From NCBI GenBank assembly GCA_951406725.2, contig OX597825.1, positions 66,526,001 through 66,590,000 of the forward strand: a stretch of DNA of 64,000 bases, written 5' to 3'. The translations under genes were made by a program, and so were the position numbers. The notes beneath the pieces are model-generated. The model was not told the DNA's origin. It searched no databases and saw only the letters and a program-made list of their open reading frames with translations. Positions within the stretch are counted from its first letter, which is position 1. The number at the start of each line of letters is the position of its first letter. This document shows positions 1-13,265 of this stretch, piece after piece. The DNA comes from Octopus vulgaris. Its lineage: Eukaryota.

Positions 1-237
1 TCTAACTAACTCGCCCTATGCTTCATATATGGAGTTATAATTAACCAATCTATACTAATCTATAAAGAGAAAGTTATCGATATTTCTATATCCATATCAT
101 CTCCTAAGCATTCAACCGTTAGTTATGGTTCAATAATTGACATGACTCCCACCACTACTATACAGGGATAGAAACAAATAGAAATGGAACTCATAGGTCA
201 AACTGCTCTGCTCTTTCTTTTAAGCTCTTATCTTTTC

Positions 238-311
238 TGCACTGATGAGTACTTTGATATTTGCAAATTCTGAACATGAATTTATATCTATGTACGAAAC
301 GGTCGTATGCA
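238..311 (+). ncRNA. Type I hammerhead ribozyme motif, intact core
   Basis: TGCA-CTGATGA-GTAC...GTAC-GAAA-C-GGTC-GTA-TGCA: helix I TGCA/TGCA, helix II GTAC/GTAC extended by GATAT/ATATC and AAATTC/GAATTT, minimal helix III, GUA cleavage triplet (cut after 307), followed by AATAAA and a (TA)n run. Confidence 0.75.
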
Positions 312-384
312 TGAATAAACTTCTTACAACTTTTTAATATCTTATCTAGATTTGTAGAACTTGATTCTATAACTTAATCGTACA

Positions 385-445
<61 letters not shown>

Positions 446-449
<4 letters not shown>

Positions 450-853
450 ATACAGTGTACATTTAAACACATGGGGAATCCACTCATAGGATTCAACACA
501 CTAGAAAGAACAGCTAGGTTCTATAACCACAAAATTAGGGATAAAATTCGACAGGAACGAAATGAAAAATAAAAACATTTTACCATCTAGTTTCCTGGAC
601 CAATTGGTTTCTGATTTTAATTTAGCGAGTAAATGTATAACATATACTCGCCAGGTGAAATCGTCTTCAGCAGGAACACCTAGGGTTAAACGTATACACA
701 AGAGGCGATCAAACTACGTGCCCCTTGTTTATACATCCTAACGTTTTCAAAATCTACTGCGCAGCCGCAGTCCTTTGCCAGCAAGCTGTTCTTTCTAGCG
801 TGTTGAATCCTATGAATGGATTCCTCACGTGTTTAAATATACACTGTATCTTA
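446..853. repeat. Fold-back unit: 70-bp inverted arms (446-515, 784-853) enclosing a hammerhead; PLE pLTR-like
   Basis: TAAGATACAGTGTACATTTAAACAC...CTAGAAAGAACAGCT matches the reverse complement of 784-853 with about 5 mismatches; starts at a (TA)n run. Confidence 0.75.
592..676 (-). ncRNA. Hammerhead motif with C/A at the base of helix II and palindromic helix III loop
   Basis: Minus strand TTCCTG-CTGAAGA-C-GATTT...GCGAGTA...TACTCGC...AAATC-A-GAAA-C-CAATTG-GTC-CAGGAA; 6-bp helix I, GUC triplet. Confidence 0.65.
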
Positions 854-1190
854 TGACTAATACGTAGTCTTGTGGACTAAATTTCTACACGTTAGACTAT
901 TGGAAATGTAAATTTTAATTAATTTCCATTTCCCTTTGATATGATTAAATCTCTCTCTCTCTCTTTCTCTCTCTCTCTTTATATATATATATATTTATTT
1001 ATTCATTTATTTTATTTTATCTAGTTTCAGCTCACGAGCTGTGGCCATGCTGGGACACCGCCATTTGGTGTTGCTACATGATTTTACTTCACTAAATGCT
1101 TTTTAGCAATTGCCATTTGGTGCATGAGAGAGTTAGATGCAGCTGTCCTCCTGAAATTCTTTCCTTTAACACCTTAAATGTAAAATCTCT

Positions 1191-1282
1191 ACCCTGAACA
1201 CGGAGGCCTGTTTCATCCTACAATGGAATCAATCTACAAATATTATCTCGGAGCACCGAGCCCTCAGAAATAACAGTTGGAT
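1191..1282 (+). ncRNA. Degenerate hammerhead relic (C/A type)
   Basis: CTGAACA-C-GGAGGC...GCCCTC-A-GAAA-TAACAGTTGG; core and helix I decayed. Confidence 0.3.
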
Positions 1283-1565
1283 TTATAATATTTTTATTCC
1301 ATCCCTTTAATTCTCTATATCATTTGTATTCTGTGTCAGTCGGACCCTTTTGTATATATACATATGTACATTTTTTTGTATTTCATGTATTTAGTATACT
1401 TTATATACTGACCTGTCTAACTTGCTTATCCATACATTTATTTATATGTTTGCGCGCGCGCGTGTATGGTGTGTTACACGAATTTATGGAAAAGTGTCCA
1501 TAGAAACTCTACAAATAAGTTAAAAATAGAGAAAAGATGTTAAAATTTGAAAGAATTTTAATATA

Positions 1566-1676
1566 TGCATATGATCGTTTCGAAAAGCGATATTAACATG
1601 TAAATAACATGGTGGAATAATTAAAATTAATCTGATTAAATTGAATTAATTACATATCACTGTTCTACTCAGTGTA
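1566..1676 (-). ncRNA. Degenerate hammerhead relic with long AT-rich helix II (architecture as 238-311)
   Basis: Minus TACA-CTGAGTA-GAACAGTGATAT...ATATCGCTTTTC-GAAA-CGATC-ATA-TGCA; G8 and helix III mutated. Confidence 0.45.
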
Positions 1677-1805
1677 AGAAGTATACAACAAACGTTGTTA
1701 TTATTACAAGAGACTTGACGAAGGAAATATCAGATATGCTACCCAAAACTTGCTAACCCCGTGTCAAAATTTGAAACCATTATTATTATTATTATTATTA
1801 TTATT

Positions 1806-2363
1806 GAGTGAGAGAGCAGTTCATGCCATCAACGTGACACTGGGGTAAAATATACGAAGCCCAATATACCCATCATGACTACCCGTCTGATAAAGGTACA
1901 CCAGGCACATGCATCACAACCATATGTGCGCGACATGGTGATCTCATATCAAGAAAAACAGCACATGACCTTGCAGGTGGGGCCCAGTTAGAATCTTCTT
2001 CAGGTTGAGTAGCCCATCCCGCTCAAACGGTCCCTGAATAAGGGTTGTTTAAGGATGTTGAAAAAACCACCCATGTTTCCAGAGGTGAATTATTCAAACC
2101 CCAAAGAATCCCTCTCAACACATGGCTATGATGCTCCCCCACTACTTCTGCTCGTGATCAGAGATGCACATATCGTCAGCCACTAAGGGACATGCTCAAC
2201 TGGTTAAGATCAAGCAACTGACAACCAACCAAATCTGTGGTATTGAGCAGAATATTTGCTGTAGCCCATCTTTTATACCAAGACAAAACAATGTACATGA
2301 TAACACTTCCAATCAGTTAAGATCAGAAGCCATGAGAGCCACTGCCTGGTACTGCATCAGGGC

Positions 2364-2367
<4 letters not shown>
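1806..2367. mobile_element. ~560-bp non-coding interspersed element embedded in an (ATT)n tract
   Basis: GC-richer complex sequence with sharp boundaries into (ATT)n on both sides; no TIR, no credible ORF. Confidence 0.5.
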
Positions 2368-2400
<33 letters not shown>

Positions 2401-2446
2401 GTTGTTATTATTATTTTTATTATTATCATCATCATCATCATCATCA

Positions 2447-2499
<53 letters not shown>

Positions 2500-2607
2500 A
2501 ATAATGATATTGGTTTCAAATTTTTGCACAAGGCCAGCAATTTCGAGGGAGGCAGTAAATCAATCACATCCACCCCTGTGGACGACTAATAATACTCCTT
2601 TATGCTA

Positions 2608-3505
2608 TAGGTACAAAGCCTGATATTTTAGGGGATGTGGTTAGTCAGTTACGTCGACCCTCTTGCACAACAGCTGCTTATTTTATCGATCACAAAAGGT
2701 CGAACGGCAAAGTCGACCTCAGAGGGATTTGAACTCAGAACGTAAAGACAGATGAAACACAGCTAAGCATTATGCTCAATGTACCAACGATTCTGCTATC
2801 TCGTCGCCTAATGCGTACACGTATTAATGATTTCCAATTTGGACACAGTTTTTGAGGGGAGGAAGATGTCGATTACATTAACTCCAGTACTCGACTGGTA
2901 CTTATTTTATCGACCCCTAAGGGATAAAATGAAATGTCTACCTGTCTGGAATTTTAACTCAACGTAAAACGGTTGAAATAAAGCTAAGTATTTTCCGACC
3001 GTGCTAATGATTCTGCCAGGGTGCCGCCAAATACATACACATAATGACGGTTTCAAATTATGGTACAAAAGCGGCGAGCTGGCAGAAACGTTAGCACGCC
3101 GGGCGAAATGCTTAGCGGTATTTCGCCTGTCGCTACGTTGTGAGTTCAAATTCCGCCGAGGTTGACTTTGCTTTTCATCCTTTCGGGGTCGATAAATTAA
3201 GTACCAGTTCCGCACTGGGGTCGTTGTAATCGACTTAATACCTATGTCTGTCCTTGTCTGTCCCCTCTATGTTTAGCCCCTTGTGGGTAATAAAGAAATA
3301 GGTTTCAAATTATGGTACAAATTCAATAAGTTTAGAGTCGAGGGTCAAGTCGATCTCAGTACTCAACCGATAATTATTTCATCGCCCCCGAAAGAATGAA
3401 GGGCAAATTTCACCTCGGCCGTATTTGAGCTCAGAACACAAAGTCAGATGAAATGCTGCTAAGCATTTTGCTTGGCGTGCTTAACGATTCAGTCAGCTCG
3501 CAGCC
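2608..3505. mobile_element. Cluster of family-A tRNA-derived SINEs (near-complete + copy at 3070-3301, three - copies)
   Basis: Head GCGGCGAGCTGGCAGAA...GAGTTCAAATTCC (B box), central GCCTTTCATCCTTTCGGGGTCGATAAATTAAGTACCAG (Meta-domain-like), tail ...GGTAATAAAGAAATA; more than 12 copies in the window. Confidence 0.85.
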
Positions 3506-3763
3506 TCAAAAATGTACACATAACAATACCAGTTGTTTTGCATATGTATCTTTGTTTTATTCTTTAACGTTTTGTTTGATATTTTTTCCTTTAATGTGCT
3601 GCATGTCTCTGATACAATTCAAGTCCACATTACTCGAGATACCACTCGTAACCTTAGAAACAGATTTTTTTATTGCTAGCAAAATATCAGTGTCAAATCA
3701 CAACTTCAATAAAATAAATATCAGTCCATATTACAAAGAAATCTGTCACTTATTTTACTATGC

Positions 3764-3840
<77 letters not shown>

Positions 3841-3902
3841 ATATATGTGTGTATATATATATATACATATATATATATGTATATATATTTATATATGTAT
3901 AC

Positions 3903-3959
<57 letters not shown>

Positions 3960-4961
3960 TATACATGTATATATATGTATCTATATATGTATTTATGTAT
4001 GAATATTATCTATTATGACCTTATCCTACCATAGCCACATTCAAGTGTCTGAGTCTGAAGCTAGTAGAACAGTAAAAGACCAGACCAGTTCTTTTTATAT
4101 CTGCCAATATCACACATTAAATTTATGCTTTTCGCAACGCCACAGAGTGCGAGAGGTATTTGAGGACACTTAATTATCTCTACTTCCGGCCTGATCTCTT
4201 GCTGCAACATACAAAGTTAGCTTTCTGAATTGACTATTTGGCAAAAAACAAAAAACAAAAAAAAATACTCACAAACCAATCAAACCGAATTGCGCATTTC
4301 ATACGTTCGTTTTATGTGAAATGATTTTCTTTATAAACAACTCCAATGTTATGAATGCATAATATTATAAAATATTGATAGTAATGTCATGAAATTATAA
4401 AGTTGCAAAAGATTTAGTAAAAATTTATGTTATATTATGAATATTATGTAACTCTTTCATGTAAATATACATCGAACATTGCAGAATATGACCAACTAAA
4501 ATAATCCTGTTTAATTGGGCCAACTTACAAGTATGAATGTATGTATGTATGTATGTATGTATGTATGTATGTATGTATGTATGTATGTATGTATGTATGT
4601 ATGTATGTATGTATGTACATACTCATATATATTATAGTTATAATAAATATATAATATATATACGTATTTGTATACATACATACACACACATTGGTTTATT
4701 TACGCTTCTATTTTCCCAAATTTCATTCTATTCAATTTAATTATATTACATGCACACATACATACACATACATACATACTTATACACACATATAAATACA
4801 TACATATATACACATATATATACGCATAAATACATATATGCACATTTACAAATACATACATATATACATACACATCTGTATGTATATATATATGCATACA
4901 CATATTCATATATATATACATACATACACATGTGTATGTATATATATATATATATATGCAT

Positions 4962-4996
<35 letters not shown>

Positions 4997-5052
4997 CATT
5001 TATAAATATATAAATTATTTATATATTATATATATTATATAAATACATGCAT

Positions 5053-5120
<68 letters not shown>

Positions 5121-5446
5121 TATATGTATTCATATATTCTAGTCAACAGCCAAATACTATATTTTGTTTTGTTTCAACAGTTTTTATGCAAAAATTAATT
5201 TACTCTGGCTGCCATTTCAAAAACCCACAAAGAAGTCATAATTCCCTGATGTAATATTATTTATATGTAAAACTCTTTGTAGTTTATGTTTAAATTCTGT
5301 GTAATTTATGGGAAAACTAACTCAATAATTTAATCTTAAACTCTTTAAAGCAAATACTTGTTTACCCCCGGGTCACAACTACATGATACAATCATTTCGC
5401 ATATTAAATAATTTGTGCCCCAGCACCAACATACTGTTTTTAAAAA

Positions 5447-5783
5447 GTGAAAGCGCATGGCTCAGTGGTTAGAGTGTCGAGCTCACATTCAAAGGATAGT
5501 GAGTTCGATTCCCGGACCGGGCTGTGCGTTGTGATGCTGTGCAAGACACTGTTTCACGTTGCTCCAGTTCACTCGGCTGTAGAAATGAGTTGTGACGTCA
5601 CTGGTGCCAAGCTGTATCGGCCTTTGCCTTTCCCTTGGATAATATTGGTGGCGTGAGAGAGGGGAGGCTAATATACATAGGCGACTGCTGGTCTTCCATA
5701 AATAACCTTGCCCAGACTTGTGTCTCGAAGAATAGCTTTCTGGGCGCAATTCCAGTGTCATTCTTGACCGAAGGGGGTCTTTG
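5447..5783 (+). mobile_element. CORE-like tRNA SINE (family C body, third tail type)
   Basis: A box TGGCTCAGTGG, B box GTTCGATTCC, CORE-like GCAAGACACT...CACGTTGCTCCAGTTCACTC. Confidence 0.75.
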
Positions 5784-5882
5784 CTTCTATCTTTAAAAAA
5801 TATCCATGTTTTTATTTTTATATATTTTTCGCCTTGTCTGTCTTTTTTGAATTTGATGCCAACTAATATTTATTTGATTACT

Positions 5883-6712
5883 AGGGCGGCGGGCTGGCGG
5901 AATCGTTAGCACGCCGGGAAAAGTGTTTCACGGCATTTCGTTCGTCTTCACGTTCTGAGTTCAAATTCTACCGTGGTCGACTTTGCCTTTCAACCTTTCG
6001 GGGTCTATGAAATAACTACCAGTTGAACACTGGGGTCGATCTTATCGATTTAACCTCACCCCCGAAATTTCTGGCCTTGTGCCAAAATTTGAAATCATCA
6101 ATATTTATTTGGTCAATAAGGCGGTGAGCTGGCAGAATCGTTAGCACGCCGAGCGAAATGTTTAGCAGTATTTCATCTGCCGTTACGTTCTGAGTTCAAA
6201 TTCCGCTGAGGTCGACTTTGCCTTTCATCCTTTTGGGATCGATTAAATAAGTACCAGTTACGCACTGGGATCGATGTAATCGACTTAATCCGTTTGTCTG
6301 TCCTTGTTTGTCCCCTCTAAGTTTAGCTCCTTGTGGGTAATAAAGAAATAAGGATCATTAGCTCGCCGGGGAAAATGCTTAGCGACATTTCGTCTGCCTT
6401 TACGTTCTGAGTTCAAATTCTGCTGATGTCAACCTTGACTTTTATGCCTTCGGGGTTGATAAATGAGTACCATTTGTGGATTGGGGACAATGTAACCGAC
6501 TTGCCTCTTCCCGCAAAATTGCTGGTCTCGTTCCAAATTTTGAAACCAATATTTATTTCATCAATATAACTTCCTTCAAATTCCGCCGAGGTCGACTTTG
6601 CCTTTCATCCTTTCGGGGCCTAAAAATTAAGTACCAATTGCGTACTGGGGTCGATCTAATTGATTGGCCCCCTCTCCCAAAATTACGGACCTTGTGCCTA
6701 GAGTAGAAAAGA
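5883..6712 (+). mobile_element. Four head-to-tail family-A SINE copies
   Basis: Repeated GAGTTCAAATTCCGCCGAGGTCGACTTTGCCTTTCATCC-like core at about 5957, 6192, 6409 and 6576. Confidence 0.85.
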
Positions 6713-6793
6713 ATATAATTCCCGAGTCATACCGACTAATAAGGGCTGGTTTCCCGGTTTCCATGGCGTATAAATTCCCTACCTGGACAGGAC

Positions 6794-7666
6794 GCGAATT
6801 TTTTCCCACGGGAGTTCCGGACCCCAGTTAGGAAATCATTTGCTTACAGCCAATCAGAGCTCAACTACTAAACTAACTTATGAGCGCATAAGGAGTGATG
6901 GGCAATAAGATAAGGTCCCTTGTGTAAGAAATGACCATGCTTCTTTTCTCTTTTAAGAATGCTTGTTGTTCTTGTTCTTGTTTCAACTATGACTGTCTCT
7001 GCATAGTTATTTGTGTTGTTGGTGAAGGCGCGTGGCTTAGTGGTTAGGGCATTCGGCTCACGATTGTAAGGTCATAAGTTCGATTCCAAGCGACGCGTTG
7101 TGTCCTTGAGCAAGACACTTTATTTCATGTTGCTCCAGTCCACTCAGCTGGCAAAAATGAGTAGTACCTGTATTTCAAAGGGCCAGCCTTGTCACACTGT
7201 GTGTCATGCTGAATCTCCCTGAGAACTACGTTAAGGGTACACGTGTCTGTGGAGTGCTCAGCCACTTGCACGTTAATTTCACGAGCAGGCTGTTCTGTTG
7301 ATCGTATCAGCTGGGACCCTCATCGTCGTAACCGACGGAGTGCTCCTTTGAGATTTGTGTTGTTGTCTACTTTCTAAAACAGTAAGGGGAGAGGGTTGAT
7401 AGCACATCACCCTCTACCCACATTTTTCCCCGAACACATCTTTACCATATGGGGCCCTAACAAAATCAATCTGATAATAAGTATAGATGCAAATCTAATT
7501 ACCTGTCTTCTTCTAAACTCAGGCATAACACCGTTCTTCATCTTGAGTTTACTTGGTAGAGTGTAATTGTTAACTTGACAACAAAGTCAAGGTGACCTTT
7601 GATTGGCTGTATGCAAATAAGTTCCTTACTGTGGTCCAGAACTCTCGTGGGAAAAAAAATATTTGC
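6794..7666. mobile_element. Non-autonomous Mutator-like DNA transposon (~70-bp TIRs, 9-bp TSD)
   Basis: Left GCGAATTTTTTCCCACGGGAGTTCCGGACC...AGCCAATCAGAG matches the reverse complement of 7592-7666; flanks GGACAGGAC and TGACGGGTC both derive from the single host-SINE 9-mer GGACGGGAC. Confidence 0.7.
7023..7347 (+). mobile_element. Full-length CORE-like SINE (family C, tail 1; OR1/OR2-like, tRNA-Arg-like head)
   Basis: GGCGCGTGGCTTAGTGG, CTCACGA loop, GTTCGATTCC, GTGTCCTTGAGCAAGACACTT, tail ...CCGACGGAGTGCT; nested in the Mutator-like element. Confidence 0.85.
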
Positions 7667-8003
7667 TGACGGGTCGCCGGTCCCTCGCAGGATTACTCAT
7701 TTTTGTCAGCTGAGTGGACTGGAGCAACGTGAAATGAAGTGACTTTGCTCAAGAACACAACGCGTCGCCCGGTCCAGGAATCGAAACCGCAATCTTAACC
7801 ACTAAACCACACATTTCCACCTAGATACCTTATATGATGATCAAATCTTCCTCGCCATTATTATAGAATTGGTGTGTTAAGTGTCATATGACGGAGAACT
7901 TTGGAATTGTTCTTTTGCCACCAAGTGTAATACCAAGAAATATGTTATACATGCAATAATATAATTTAACTTTTTATCAAATTGTCTTCACGCTTATACA
8001 AAA

Positions 8004-8390
8004 CTAGCAGTATCGCCCGGCGTTGCTCAGGTTTGTAAGGGAAATAACTATAAAGCATCTTTAGAGAGTTATAGCCAAAAAATAGCAAAAAAATGGGAAA
8101 AAAATTATGGTAAATTGTTTTTTGAGAGTAAAAAAAGGTTGAGTTGCGTCCCCTAGACAGTCTGTGGTTTGTTTTTTTTTATTCTCGACCCCATGTCGAA
8201 TTTATCGATTTTTTTCAGAACTGGGGGAACTTTTCAAAATTTTCGCTGCGTTAGTTTTGAATTATGACATTGGGCTATGCGTGTGTCAAGTTTCATCAGA
8301 ATCGGTTGAAAGCCGTGGTCAGGGTGAGGGTACGAGAAAACAGACACACAGAAACACGCACAGACAAACTGCCGTTTATATATAGAGAGA
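8004..8390 (-). mobile_element. Non-autonomous Helitron
   Basis: Minus strand begins A|TC (TCTCTCTATATATAAACGG), has a GTCT/GTGT microsatellite, a subterminal GC hairpin and ends CTAG|T; no TSD. Confidence 0.8.
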
Positions 8391-8764
8391 TGATGAAATG
8401 AATACTAATTCTCAAAAGAAAAATATTTATTACTTTAAAATAAATTAAACAAGTCAGATTTCTGATTCGTATATTTGCAATAAATACTTTTTTATTCTTC
8501 TAAATTTTTCTCAGCATAATCGCAATTTACTTTATCGAAAACCTATTTCTGCTAAATTTGAACTCCCTTCCAAAACTAGTCTGTCATTTATTCTCTCTCC
8601 TTCTCTTCTCTGTCTCTGTAAGGGTTTAGCGCTCGTACACTCATTGCCTGGCACCAAGCTCAGTATGTGCATTCAATCTACACACACACCTCTTATGTTA
8701 TCTCTCTCTCTGCATTCTTCTTTTACTCTCTCTCTCTACAATTTAAAGTGTGACTGGGGAATTC

Positions 8765-8837
8765 AACCGCTAACTGACGGGGGACCTAAACACACCACCA
8801 TCGGATATCAAGCGATGTTGGGGGGACGAACACACAA

Positions 8838-8904
<67 letters not shown>

Positions 8905-9100
8905 CATATATACGACGGGCTTCTTTCAGTTTCCGTCTACCAAATCCACTCACAAGGCTTTGGTTGGCCCGAGTCTATAGTAGAAGACACTTGCCCAAGG
9001 TGCCACGCAGTGGGAATGAACCCGGAACCATGTGGTTGGTAAGCAATCTACTTACCACGCAGCCACTTATGCGCCTACTTACCATACAGCCACTCCTGCG
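8765..9100 (-). mobile_element. Family-B tRNA SINE with internal (TA)/(TG) microsatellite
   Basis: Reverse complement of AGGCGCAGGAGTGGCTGTGTGG...GAAAGAAGCCCGTCG-(TA)n(TG)n. Confidence 0.8.
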
Positions 9101-9462
9101 TCATAACACACCCACCTGCCAACATTTATAGCGACTATTATTATAGCCAGACTACATACCTGTCTGTCTGTCTCTGTCTCTCCCTCTCTTTCTCTGTTTC
9201 TTTCGATTTTGATTATAATGCCAGCAGTAACAAATATTCCTTCTTCAAGGAATCGTATTTATTGCTGTTAATGTTTTGATATATCTCTGTCAGAGCAGAC
9301 TTATGAACACGTACGTTCTAGTCGTGACTATACCCCATAACTTTCAACGTAGGATATTTAAAACTTCACTATTCCAACAATCTTCCTTTATCTTTATCTC
9401 CTCATTTAAAAAAAAAATATTTAACATAATATGCTATGACGCGGGAGTGGTTGTATGGTAAG

Positions 9463-10231
9463 TAGGCGCAGGAGTGGCTGTGTGGTAAGTAGCTTGCTTA
9501 CCAGCCACATGGTTCCGGGTTCGTTTCCACTGGATGGCACCTTGGGCAAGTGTCTTCTACTATAGCCTCAGGCCGACCAAAGCCTTGTGAGTGGATTTGG
9601 TAGACGGAAACTGAAAGAAGCCCGTCGTATATATGTATATATATAGCCAAAACTACTTCCTTTTACACGCGGCCTTCAAACTGTAAAGACACACATTTGT
9701 GTTCCTATGCGCTGCTAGAACCTCCTCCGTCTAAGCCAGAAAAAGGCCTTTTCGTTTGTTTTCTTGTTTGTTTTCTTGTTTATTTTTATTTCTCGTATTG
9801 TATTTTCTTGTACATGTATTTTTATCTTGTATTTTATTTTGTAGTTTGATTTGTATCGTTTTTACGTCCTGTTTGTGTTACATTTTTTTCTTGCTTGTTT
9901 TTACCCCTCTGCGAGGTAATTTTATTTTAATTCTCTCGCAGGAAGGGCTAGTTTGACGAGTCGTGTTCTGTCTTGCCTTCGAAACACGCTGGAGTCGAAC
10001 TAGTGACAGCTGATGAAGGGGATTTTTCCTTGTGTAGTATGTCCTGTACTCTGTTTTTCTGTTGTAAAAAAATGTTTTTTCCGTTTTCGTTTCTCGTTGA
10101 GTTCTACGTCTCGTTGTGGTGTCCTGTACTCACGTATATATATTTATATATGCATGTATATATGCATGTAGATGTAGGTACGTACATATATGTTTGTATG
10201 TATGCATATATTTTATTTATTACACTATATA

Positions 10232-10288
<57 letters not shown>

Positions 10289-10497
10289 TTATGTTTGTGT
10301 TTGTCACCCCAATATCGCTTGACAACCGATGCTGGTGTGTTTACGTCCCCCATCAGTTAGCGGTTCGGCCAAAAAGACCGATAGAATAAGTACTAGGCTT
10401 ACAGAGAATAAGTCCTGGTGTCGATTTGCTCGACTAAAGGCGGTGCTCCAGCATGGCCACAGTAAAATGACTGAAACAAGTAAAAGAGTAAAAGAGT
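9463..10497 (+). mobile_element. Family-B SINE whose internal (TA)n is interrupted by a ~490-bp insert (9645-10135)
   Basis: 5' half 9463-9640, 3' half 10270-10497 ending AAAAGAGTAAAAGAG; the insert is T-rich and pLTR-like. Confidence 0.75.
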
Positions 10498-11001
10498 ATG
10501 CTATGACGATTTGAAAAGAGATTTGGTTACTTTTTCGAGCAAATCGAGCAGACCATGTAGAAGACCCTGGCTGGATTCGTGGTATCATTGTTTTTTTTTT
10601 TGACGTCAGTACATCACGTGGTATTCAGTGCATTCTAAAATTACACTATAGCTAACGTCCAATTTAAATTGAAGAGGATGTGACTGATTATGAAACGCTT
10701 TCCTGTGCGATAACACTTTTGTTAAAGCATCGAAGAAAAATCAATGACGCAATAAATATATAAATCAATGGTGACTGTCAAAATTGACGAATAATTACAT
10801 AAAATAACAAACATTCGTGAGGTTGCCTACCGTGTTACGTCATTGATAAGAGATACTTTCTGAGAGATTGTGTTGCGGTTGATGGGGCTGTTGTTTAATG
10901 ACGATATTGATAATGTTAATGACGATGATGACGACGATGATGATGATGATGATGTTGAGGAGGAGAAGGAGGAGGATACTAATTTATGATGATAATGGCA
11001 G

Positions 11002-12008
<1,007 letters not shown>

Positions 12009-12165
12009 ATTTCTAAGGTCTGAAATTTTTTCGTGGATAGGGGCTACCATTGATCTCAGTACTTGACTAGTACTTCATTTCATCGACCCAGAAAGGATGA
12101 GAAACAAAGATGACGTCGGCGTGATTAAAGAGCTACAAGACAATGTTACAAGACTGCTGCTGCTG

Positions 12166-12230
<65 letters not shown>

Positions 12231-12374
12231 GCTGCTGCTGCTACTACTACTACTACTACTACTTCACCTTTGTTATACATTATGCTGCTGCATATTGATG
12301 GTAATTATAATGATGATGATGATGATGGTCGTAAAGATAATTAAAGATAATTATGAATGTACACACGCACACAC

Positions 12375-12427
<53 letters not shown>

Positions 12428-12824
12428 CTGCAGACGGAAAAGCTATACAATCACCCGGTTGAATGAATTGAGAAGTCTTCATATAATTATTTCTAACTTA
12501 TCCTACTCACATCATTCCATTTTCGTCATCAAAATCCTTTCATAAACTTTATTCTCAAAATCTTCGTCTCACATCTAATGACCCTTGAATAATCTCTAAA
12601 TTTCGATTCTCGGTATGGAATCGTGTTATAGGCGCAGGGGCGGCTGTCTGGTAAGAAACTTGCTTCCCAACCACATGATTTTCGGTTCAATACCACCGTG
12701 CAGCAAATTTGGCAAGTGTTTTTTTTCCTCTCGGGCCGACTGAAGACCTGTGAGTGGATTCTACCTGTGAGTAGACGAAAACTGAAAGAAGTCTATCGTA
12801 TACATACATACGTACATACATACA

Positions 12825-12904
<80 letters not shown>

Positions 12905-12908
<4 letters not shown>

Positions 12909-13265
12909 GCTGTGTGGTAAGAAGCTTGCTTCCCAACCACATGGTTCTGGGTTCAGTTCCATTGCCTGGCACTTTGGGAAAGTGTCTTCTACTATAGCCG
13001 AACAAAGCCTTGTGGGTGGATTTGGTAGACGGAAACTGAAAGAAGCCCGTCGTATATATGTGTATGTGTGTGTATGTGTGTGTTTGTCCCCCTTCACCAT
13101 CACTTGACAACCGATGCTGGTGTGTTTACGTCCCCGTAACTTATCGGTTTGGCAAAAGTCACTGATAGAATAAGTATAAGGCTTACAAAGAATAAGTCCT
13201 GGGGTCGATTTGTTCGACTAAAGGCGGTGCTCCAGCATGGCCGCAGTCAAATGGATGAAGCAAGT
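12905..13265 (+). mobile_element. Family-B SINE (preceded by another 5' half at 12629-12800)
   Basis: Head, internal microsatellite and 3' GGCGGTGCTCCAGCATGGCCGCAGTC. Confidence 0.8.

Larger units (their letters stand above)
6737..7821 (-). mobile_element. Family-C SINE (tail 2) split by a DNA transposon
   Basis: 6737-6793 and 7667-7821 join into a sequence collinear with the intact copy at 30238-30486. Confidence 0.75.

Noticed and set aside
2200-2362. Short resemblances to U2 snRNA (TGGTTAAGATCAAG, ATCAGTTAAGATC, CCTGGTACTGCA)
   Set aside because: Spacing does not fit U2; no branch-point recognition sequence or Sm site; probably chance
7023-7095. tRNA-like cloverleaf heads here and at 15482, 26818 and others
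   Set aside because: They lack a closing acceptor stem and run into SINE bodies; SINE heads, not tRNA genes
9930-10030. CTGATGA at 10010 and upstream CGAAAC as a hammerhead
   Set aside because: No consistent helix set joins the core elements; at best a heavily decayed relic
12510-12597. Minus-strand segment between AG and GTGAGT
   Set aside because: Stops in all three frames
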